This document shows positions 19,295 through 27,800 of a stretch of DNA of 64,000 nt, one piece after another; positions within the stretch are counted from its first letter, which is position 1, and the number at the start of each line of letters is the position of its first letter. The notes under the pieces are model-generated. The model was given only the letters and a program-made list of their open reading frames with translations, had not been told where the DNA came from and searched no databases. Source of the DNA: Cyclobacteriaceae bacterium (GTDB lineage: Bacteria; Bacteroidota; Bacteroidia; Cytophagales; Cyclobacteriaceae). The stretch is from positions 105,873 to 169,872 of the forward strand of contig JBARUK010000004.1 in NCBI GenBank assembly GCA_049645705.1, given 5' to 3'. The translations under genes were made by a program, and so were the position numbers.

Positions 19295-21643
19295 CTATTC
19301 GTTCCGCAATGTATCGGCCGGATTGACCGATGCGGCTTTGAAGGAGTGGTAACTAACCGTAATGGCGGCAATAATAAGGGCGGCCAATCCGGCAAGCAAA
19401 AACAAAACCCAGCTTAACTCTACGTGGTATGCAAAATTATCTAACCAGTTGTCAAGCATATAGTACGCCAGGGGTACGGCAACAAAAAACGAAATTATTA
19501 CAAGCAGGGCAAAGTTACTGCTGATCAGGTAGACAAGCTGACCAACTTCTGCTCCCAGTACTTTTCGAATACCGATCTCCTTTTTACGCTGCTCGGCAGT
19601 ATAACTCGCCAGGGCAAATAACCCCAGGCAACTTATAAATATGGCCATCAGTGCGAAATAATTTACCAGCGTACCTATAAGGGTTTCGCTTTTATAGGTC
19701 CTGTTAAAATTATCATCAAGGAAGTAGTATTCGAACGGGTAGGCGGGTTCAAACTTTTTCTGAAGATCGCCTAACGCGGTGAGTGTCTCTTCTAACCGGC
19801 TACCGTCGATCCTGGCTACAACAGACGAAGGCTTTCCCGACTGATAGGTCATGATCAATGGCTCGATAGTCTCATGAAGGCTCTTATTATGGAAGTCTTT
19901 TACAACTCCAATAACTGTTTTGTCTTCCTCCCAGAAGGTGATCACTTCCCCAACAGGATCTTCAAGCTGCATTCGTTTTACAGCCTCCTCATTTAGTATA
20001 ACTGACGCCGTATCAGTTATACGATCATCAAATACCCGGCCTTTTTTCATTTGCATGCCGAAGGTTTCGACTACACCGGGCGTAATAGTCAGGTACTGGA
20101 AAAGTACGCTCGCCTCCGGATCTTTGCCCCTCCAGCCGACCTCTTGGGTACTCATTCCTACATTAATAGGAAGCTCTGATGTCAGAGCCATTTGCTCGAC
20201 GCCAGGTAGGCTGAGTGCCTCTTCTTTGAAGGTAGCAAAACGATCTTTTACCGGCTGCGGTGCCAGGAAGTAGACCACGTTCTCACGTTCAAGACCCAGG
20301 TTTTTATTCTTTATAAAATGTACCTGTCGTGTAATTACAAATGTGCCTATTATCAAAGCAATGGATAGAGCAAACTGAAACACCACAAGTCCTTTTCTGA
20401 AGATAGCAGCTCCTTTTCCTGACTGCATGCCTCCCTTCAGAACACTAATCATGCTAAAGCGACTGAGGAAAAATGCCGGATAAGCACCGGATAACAAAGC
20501 TGTAAGTCCTAACAGTATGAACAGGTATACATAGAACAGGGGTTCAGTATAGGGTATAGCTATCTCTTTATCAGTAAGCTCATTGAATGCCGGCAGGATC
20601 AGCAGTACAGCAATAATGGCTACTACTGCAGCCATAACGACTATCAGAAATGATTCGCCGATAAACTGACCGATAAGCATGTACTTATTGGCTCCCACTA
20701 CCTTACGAACACCTACTTCGCGCGCACGCCTGGCAGACCGTGCTGTGGACAGGTTCATAAAGTTTATACAGGCGATAAGTATGATCAATATACCTATGAA
20801 TGTAAAGAGCCTGACGTATTCTATTCTGCCACCTGCTCTGACTGTTTCAGTAAATACATTGTGAAGGTGTATGTCCTGGATACTCTGGAGGAATATTTCT
20901 ACTACAGAGCCTTCATCCTGATCTTTTAAGATCATTCTGATCTTTTCATTTACCTGCTTTAACTGGTCTGACTGGTAGGTTAGCACATACGTCCGGATGC
21001 TGTTATTCCCCAGATCGTTCAGCCAATCGTTTTGTGACAGAAAAGCCTCAAAAGGCAAAAGAAATTTGAACCTGATCGTACTGTTGGCAGGGAGGTCGGC
21101 TACTACAGCCGTAACCTTATAATCGTCCACCTCATTAATAGTGACCGTTTTGCCTATGGGTGACTCACCTGGAAACAACTTTTCAGCTAGCTCTCTGGTG
21201 AGCACTATATTGTAAGTACCCTGTAGGGCAGACTCGGCAGACCCTTCGACTACCTCAAAGCTGAACATCTGCAGAAAGTCCGGGTCTACGTAAAAGCCAT
21301 TGTCCGAGAAGCCTTGCTCCCCTACTGACAAAAGCACCTCACGATTCCATGTAGCACGGGTTACGTTTTCTATTTCAGGAATCTCAGCCTCCAGAAGCTC
21401 CGCAAGGCCTGCAGGGCTGCTTTGAATAGTAAAGAACTGATCGGCGTAGATATGATCTTCCATAACACGGTAGAGGCGGTCACCTTTCTCGTGAAACTTA
21501 TCATAGCTCACTTCATCCGCTACCCATAGAAAGATAAGCATACTCGTAGCCAGCCCTACAGCCAGTCCCAGTATATTAATAATAGCATAGCCCTTATACT
21601 TAAAGAGGTTACGGTATGCTACTTTCAGGTAGTTCTTTAACAT
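19295..21643 (-). CDS. FtsX/MacB-family ABC permease, second tandem copy
   Basis: 782 aa with the same architecture as the downstream paralog. Confidence 0.85.
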   Translation of the reverse strand: MLKNYLKVAYRNLFKYKGYAIINILGLAVGLATSMLIFLWVADEVSYDKFHEKGDRLYRVMEDHIYADQFFTIQSSPAGLAELLEAEIPEIENVTRATWNREVLLSVGEQGFSDNGFYVDPDFLQMFSFEVVEGSAESALQGTYNIVLTRELAEKLFPGESPIGKTVTINEVDDYKVTAVVADLPANSTIRFKFLLPFEAFLSQNDWLNDLGNNSIRTYVLTYQSDQLKQVNEKIRMILKDQDEGSVVEIFLQSIQDIHLHNVFTETVRAGGRIEYVRLFTFIGILIILIACINFMNLSTARSARRAREVGVRKVVGANKYMLIGQFIGESFLIVVMAAVVAIIAVLLILPAFNELTDKEIAIPYTEPLFYVYLFILLGLTALLSGAYPAFFLSRFSMISVLKGGMQSGKGAAIFRKGLVVFQFALSIALIIGTFVITRQVHFIKNKNLGLERENVVYFLAPQPVKDRFATFKEEALSLPGVEQMALTSELPINVGMSTQEVGWRGKDPEASVLFQYLTITPGVVETFGMQMKKGRVFDDRITDTASVILNEEAVKRMQLEDPVGEVITFWEEDKTVIGVVKDFHNKSLHETIEPLIMTYQSGKPSSVVARIDGSRLEETLTALGDLQKKFEPAYPFEYYFLDDNFNRTYKSETLIGTLVNYFALMAIFISCLGLFALASYTAEQRKKEIGIRKVLGAEVGQLVYLISSNFALLVIISFFVAVPLAYYMLDNWLDNFAYHVELSWVLFLLAGLAALIIAAITVSYHSFKAASVNPADTLRNE

Positions 21644-21664
21644 CTGGTCAAATGTATATTCGCG

Positions 21665-22540
21665 CTATCGGGTAATGATCTCCAGAGAGCCTATCCCGGC
21701 GTTCACTTCTATATCTAGCTTATAGCCTCTACCTTCCTGGTAGTATTTTCTTCCTCTCTTATCGAGGGAAGAAGCCTCTACAGATCCCAGGCCTCCATTC
21801 ACTTCCACTTCAATGTCCGTGTCTTCGGGCAGTATCAAAACTAACTGGCCGATTCCTCCTGACACTCTGATGTGGCTGTCATTTTTCCATTTGCCTGAAA
21901 GGTCCAACCGGATATCACCGACACCAGCCTCTACTTTTAGTGTTTCGGGCGAAGAATTCCGCAGATCAATATCGTTTTCGCCTGCACCCATGGTTATTTT
22001 CACATCACGAAGGTTAAAATCGGATAAGTCCAACTCACTCTCACCTGCACCCAGCGTAATGTCCATATCCTGAACGATCTTACGGTTGAGTTTTATATTC
22101 CATTCATCACTAATAGTGTTATCACCCCCCATTTTGATGTTAAAATCCTTATCCTGGTTGATATAGATTGTACCCTGACTGCCGTCAGTATCATAATCAA
22201 TCTCGATATCGTCGAGGTCTTCCGACTCAAAGTAGCTGTCCAGCGCATATTTATCCGTTCCGGAAATGTTCAATACACCCCCTCCCATTTCAACTTTGGT
22301 CTTAAGGGATGTAATATCTTCAGATAGAGATATCTGACGACTATGTTCGTCAAGTTCGGAAGAGTTATTACCATCACGGTCCCTGTCGATATTTATTTCG
22401 CAGGAAGTGGCAGTAATAAGGATGGCCAATACGCCTAATGTAAAGTATGATTTATTATACATCTCGATATAGGTATGTTTACCTAGCATCCGAACGAATG
22501 CTGTGCCAAACCTAAAATATGGATTTATATCGAATAACAA
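21665..22540 (-). CDS. DUF4097/LiaG-like beta-helix lipoprotein; the likely real start is the ATG near 22462 (MYNKSYFTLGVLAILITATSC)
   Basis: Repeated GxGxxDIxL strand motifs (GAGESELDLS, GAGENDIDLR, GVGDIRLDLS, GGLGSVEASS). It sits 22 nt upstream of the first FtsX permease gene. Confidence 0.55.
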   Translation of the reverse strand: MLFDINPYFRFGTAFVRMLGKHTYIEMYNKSYFTLGVLAILITATSCEINIDRDRDGNNSSELDEHSRQISLSEDITSLKTKVEMGGGVLNISGTDKYALDSYFESEDLDDIEIDYDTDGSQGTIYINQDKDFNIKMGGDNTISDEWNIKLNRKIVQDMDITLGAGESELDLSDFNLRDVKITMGAGENDIDLRNSSPETLKVEAGVGDIRLDLSGKWKNDSHIRVSGGIGQLVLILPEDTDIEVEVNGGLGSVEASSLDKRGRKYYQEGRGYKLDIEVNAGIGSLEIITR

Positions 22541-22640
22541 GCCTTTTGATAATTTTATGCTGTCCGGTTATGAACACTTCTGTTCAAAGTAGGACAGAGA
22601 TTCGTACCTGAAATAGCAGTACGTACATAAACTTGGCAAT

Positions 22641-22678
22641 AAAATAAAAAAAGCTGTCCTTGGAAAGGGCAGCTTTAC
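22641..22678 (-). terminator. Intrinsic terminator downstream of the TPR gene
   Basis: On the minus strand, AAAGCTGCCC-tttccaa-GGACAGCTTT followed by TTTTATTTTATT. Confidence 0.55.
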
Positions 22679-22705
22679 AAATATTCAATAAATGTCTAAA
22701 ATATG

Positions 22706-24190
22706 CTAATTCTCTACGCCTGCTAATACTTTAAGCTTTCTGACCTCTGACCGATGGCGGAATACAGCGATCGATAAAAGCATAAGCATGATCAGCGCCA
22801 GCACTCCTGCCAGCCACGAAGTCCTCAGGCTTCGTTCCTTGGCCAGAGTAGCCTGCCGTATTTTATTTTCAGCATCCAATCGGCTGATCTCACGATTTTT
22901 CTTCTGCAACTCATACTGATGCTGCATCGTAAGTAGCTCGACACTCCGGTTCTCCTTCAGCAGTACCATCTGCAGGTCTGTGAACTTCTCCTGGTAGGCC
23001 AGCGCCTTACTTATGTTATTATTCTCTTTATACAGTGACGATAACTGACTGTAGGTAGTAACCAGACTGCTTCTGTCGCCCATACTGCTTTCCAGCTTTT
23101 CACACTCCTCATAGAGATGGATAGCATCAGTAAGAGCACCTTTTTCCCACATCATATTAGCCATATTAGCATACAGTCCGGCTATTCCCTCCTCGTCATT
23201 CAGGTTATTTCTTACTTTCAGCGCACGCTCATAGTAGGCTATTGCTTCATCCAGTCTGTCTTCGTAGCGAAGTAGTATCCCGAGGTTTTCGTAAATATCT
23301 GCCGCCAGTTCAGACTCATGGAGTCCGGTGTGCCCTTCGCGCAGCTGATTTAAACCCAATTGATAATAGCTGGAAGATTCAGCATACCGGCGTGCTTCTT
23401 TTAATACAATGCCTTTGTTATTATAGGCTGATGCAAGCTTACGATGATCGCCAAGTGTACGTGAGACAGTAATAAGTTTATCGTAGTAAGACAAACTGAT
23501 ATCGTAGTTTTCAGCCCGTCGGTGCAATAAGGCCAGGGCTTTATAAACAGAAGCTTTACCTTGATTGTCTCCGGCATTTTCACGCACTTTAAGACATTTG
23601 AGATAATACTCCTGTGCATTGCGTTCATTGCCCTGCTTAGAAAAGAGCAGCCCTATGTTGTAATACATATTGGCAGACTCTTTCTTATGATTAAGGTTTT
23701 CGAATATCTCGGTAGCCTGAAGGTAGTAATCCATGGCTCTCTCGTAGTCCCCTTCACGGAAAAAGACCACTCCTGAGTTTCGGTAGGCAATACCGAGTCC
23801 CATTTCATCCGCCATATTCTTCATGACTTCGTGATACCTCTGCAGGCTGAGAAGTCCCGGTCCGGTAGGGTATCCGTCTGACATGTATATCTTAGTCAGG
23901 GCCAATAGCGCATCCGCCTCTGCCTTCAGGTTTTCACCTTTACGGGCAGATTCAATCTTCTGCTTGAGCCGGGCTACCTCAGGGTTGTCCCGTTCAAAAT
24001 CAGTAGAATTACTTTTGATGGCTGCTTTGTCGCCCTGCTCACTGATATATTCAATATCACCGGACATAATATAGTCTTCCATTTCAGAAGACGGCGCGGT
24101 GTAGAAAATTTCTTCCCCTTCTGCATGAAGCAGAGAAGGACACAGACACAGATACAGACACAGCAACCTTTTCATTTTGCTGGTTGTCAT
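22706..24190 (-). CDS. Tetratricopeptide-repeat protein with a signal peptide and a C-terminal TM anchor
   Basis: About 9 TPR units (repeated AxxYxxLG, YY motifs), a coiled-coil, then WLAGVLALIMLMLLSIAVF. The protein ends about 20 aa after the TM helix with no output domain. Confidence 0.7.
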   Translation of the reverse strand: MTTSKMKRLLCLYLCLCPSLLHAEGEEIFYTAPSSEMEDYIMSGDIEYISEQGDKAAIKSNSTDFERDNPEVARLKQKIESARKGENLKAEADALLALTKIYMSDGYPTGPGLLSLQRYHEVMKNMADEMGLGIAYRNSGVVFFREGDYERAMDYYLQATEIFENLNHKKESANMYYNIGLLFSKQGNERNAQEYYLKCLKVRENAGDNQGKASVYKALALLHRRAENYDISLSYYDKLITVSRTLGDHRKLASAYNNKGIVLKEARRYAESSSYYQLGLNQLREGHTGLHESELAADIYENLGILLRYEDRLDEAIAYYERALKVRNNLNDEEGIAGLYANMANMMWEKGALTDAIHLYEECEKLESSMGDRSSLVTTYSQLSSLYKENNNISKALAYQEKFTDLQMVLLKENRSVELLTMQHQYELQKKNREISRLDAENKIRQATLAKERSLRTSWLAGVLALIMLMLLSIAVFRHRSEVRKLKVLAGVEN

Positions 24191-24872
24191 AAGTAGCTTT
24201 TTAGGCTATGTGTCTTGATCAGTTAAGTTTAGAACGCGAAGAAGCTCTGCTGGCTGCGTAGTCGCCGGGGATATCATTGGATACTTCAGGCATGTCTTCC
24301 TTTTCTTCTTTGTCTCTGTCCACTTTGCCTGAACCACCGGTGATGTGGAGGCTCTGCTGACCTGAAAGGCGATAATCCTGAGAAATGAATGAGAATTCTG
24401 TTGTTACGAATTTCATATAGCTGACATTATTTGCGTAAAATCTTATGTAAAGTTAGTACAAAAACATCTTTATTCAAACGACAATCTTTGAACGCCTCTA
24501 TTTCAGCTATTAACGAATTATATTGTTAGACGGGCTTATGCAAGCTACTTGTATTGGAAATTCTACAGCCCAATACAGGATTACTGCTCAAAGACCCTAC
24601 CCATTCAGGATTTTTCTTCTGGCAATGTAGTCAACTTTTTCTTCCATAAAATCTATTGAAAATAGTCTCATTCCCACCCTGCACTTTTAAACAAGATTTT
24701 AGGTATAATCTAACTATACAAATACAGGTTATTACTGAAAATTTTCCCTCTTTTACATGTAAGAATTCTCTTTAACAGGCTTGTCTAAAGATACGCTCAA
24801 AAACGTTTTTTTGTGTAAATTACTATTCACTACTACTCTCCTGTTTCTTGACGCAGCCTATTATTTATAAAC

Positions 24873-27800
24873 ATGATCTTACTGAATCGTAAAATCTTCT
24901 TACTGAACTGGTTAAACCTATTTATTCTGATGGCATTGGCAGGGTTTCAGGTCTCTTGCTCCTGCTCTGATAACGAAGCGATAGGCGAAGTAAGCGAAGA
25001 CAAAATCCCTGTTTACAACTCATTCGTTTCGTCACACACTTCGGGGATAATCGGGTCACGATCGGGTATACAAGTAAGATTTGTAAAAGCAATTGCTGAT
25101 TCTTCAATACTGGGACAACCCTTTCCGAAAGATGTGATCGATTTTTCTCCGGAAATAGAGGGTCAGTTGATTGCCCGGGATCTATACACCCTGGATTTTC
25201 AGCCTGACAGCCCACTGCCTAATGGTCAGAAATACGAAATTGAGGTAGACGTAGAAGAGCTTTTTGAAGAAGTAGAAGATAAGGAAGAGGACTTCATCTT
25301 TTATTTTCAGGTGATGCCTCAGAGCCTGAGCCTCTCGGTGACCGGTATAGAACCTTACCAGCCGAAGGATCTGCGCAAACAGAAACTACTCGGAAGCATC
25401 ATAACAGCCGATGTAGCAGAGAGCAAACAGGTAGAGAAATTACTTTCTGCTACGCAAAACGGCGACAGGAAGAAGATCGAATGGCAGCATGCCGCCGATA
25501 ATATGCATCACTTTGTTGTGCAGGACATAGTCCGCGCAGAAGAAACGGGCAAGGTCATACTTACTTATAATGGCAATGCAATAGGAACCAAAGAAAACGG
25601 CACACAGGAGGTAGAGATCCCCTCACTAAAGGACTTTAAACTACTAAGCGCAAACCTTGTCCAACAGCCTACCCAACACATATCTCTCCGGTTTAGCGAT
25701 CCGCTGAATGAAAACCAGGACCTTCGCGGCCTGATAACTATCAGCGATGCCCGTGCCCCGCGCATCAGTACCTCAGGAAACGAGATACTTGTATACCCGG
25801 CTATCAGGCTCACCGGCACCAAAACGGTCAGGGCGAACAGTGCTATCAAAAATATACTCGGCTACCAACTTGGGAGTACCCGCGAGGTAGATATCACCTT
25901 TGAGCAGGAAAAACCGGGCGTACGGCTATTCGGCAATGGTACTATCCTGCCTTCAACAGAAGGTACTAAGCTGCACTTTGAGGCTATAAATCTCAATGCT
26001 GTAGAGGTAGGCGTAGTCCGGATCTACTCAGAAAACATACCCCAGTTCCTCCAGGTAAACAGCCTGGAAGGGCAGAATCAGCTCAGACGCGTAGGGCGGC
26101 CTATGCACAAGAAGGTTCTGCTGCTTAATAATAAAGGTGTAGCAGACCTGTCCAAATGGAACCTCTTTTCTATAGACCTGGCCGAACTGTTTAAAACTGA
26201 GCCTGGTGCCTTATACCAGGTTACCCTGGGTTTCAAAAAGGAGCACTCGGCATTTTACTGTGAAGGACAGGTAAACGAGGCCAGGATACTTACTGAAAAT
26301 ACGCAACTGGAAAACTGGGACGATCCGAACCAGGGTACTTACTGGGATGATTACTCCTACTACCCCGGCGGATATAACTGGAGAGAGCGTGACAACCCCT
26401 GCCATGTATCCTACTATACATCTGAACGGTACGTAAAAACCAACCTGCTGGCCAGCAATCTGGGCATTACCGCCAAAAAGGGCGAAGGAACTGATCAGGC
26501 ACATGTAGTTATAGCTGATCTGCGTACCACCAAGCCTATGAGCAATGTGCAGGTAAGATTACTTGACTATCAACTCCGGGAAATCGGTAATGGGCAAACA
26601 GATACGAACGGTTTTGCCCGCATAAAGTCTGCACGAAAGCCATTTGTACTGGTAGCAGACAATGGCACGGAAAAAGGCTACCTCAAGATGGACGATGGCT
26701 CATCGTTGTCACTCAGTAATTTTGAAGTGCGCGGCAGTGCCATAGAAGAGGGGCTGAAAGGTTTCATATACCCAGAAAGAGGTGTATACCGGCCAGGCGA
26801 CTCCCTGCATGTATCCTTTATGCTGCAGGATGAAGCCGGCACACTTCCCAGGGAGCACCCGGTAGTATTTGAGCTGGAAAACCCCAAGGGCCAGACCGTA
26901 AGCAGAATGGTGCACACCAAGGCCCCGGACAACCTGTTTGTCTTTCATACCAACACACCGGCAGATGCACCTACAGGCAACTACCAGGCCCGTATTCAGG
27001 CAGGGGGTGCTACTTTTAATAAAAGAATCAGAATAGAAACAGTGAAACCAAACCGCCTGAAGGTAAGGGTAAACTGGGGTAAAGAAGAAATAGGAAGTGC
27101 CGAAATGCCGGTATCAGGCACCCTGCAGGCTAACTGGCTCACCGGTCCGGATGCCCGTAACATGAAGGGCGAAATGGAGGTCGTGTACCAGCCGGTGCAA
27201 ACTATCTTTAAGGGATATTCCAATTATGTATTTGATGACCCTGCCCGCACCTATGATCCGGAGCCTAAGATGTTCTGGGAAGGCACTACCAACGATAATG
27301 GACAGGCTAATATATACCTGGATGCAATGCCGGAAAATGCACCAGGCAAGATGATGGCCCAGTTCAGGGGTCGTGTGTACGAGCCCGGAGGTGATTTCAG
27401 TATATTCAGAGATCAGGTGCCCTATTCGCCCTATTTTTCCTATGTAGGACTTAAGGCACCGGAAGGCGACTTCCGTGGCATGTTACTTACCGATACCCTG
27501 CATGCCGTAGACCTAGTAGCGCTGAATGAAAAAGGTGATCCTATAGATAGAAGTGTAGATGTAGAGGTATACAAACTGGAATGGCGATGGTGGTGGGATA
27601 ATACGGAAGCCAGTATCGGCAGCTATATATCCGGCAGTGGCCATATGCCTGTCAGTTCCGGCAGGGTCAGGATCAGCGAGGGTAAGGGCCGATATAATCT
27701 GAGAATAGACTACCCCGACTGGGGCCGCTACCTGGTTAGGGTGTGCGACCCTGTATCCGGTCACTGTGCCGGTAAGGTTATCTATATGGACTGGCCCGGG

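Noticed and set aside
16009-21643. Considered whether the tandem 782- and 801-aa FtsX genes are a recent duplication or a repeat-mediated rearrangement
   Set aside because: The protein sequences differ substantially throughout and no long identical nucleotide stretches were seen. They are old paralogs typical of Bacteroidota MacB-like operons.
22560-22600. TGGCAC-containing sequence on the minus strand upstream of the DUF4097 operon, considered as a sigma-54 promoter
   Set aside because: There is no TTGC -12 element at the correct spacing; the match covers only the -24 hexamer.
24219-24416. 65-aa ORF upstream of the TPR gene, as a confident CDS
   Set aside because: No motif or signal peptide, and the composition is unremarkable. 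It is kept only as a note within a finding.
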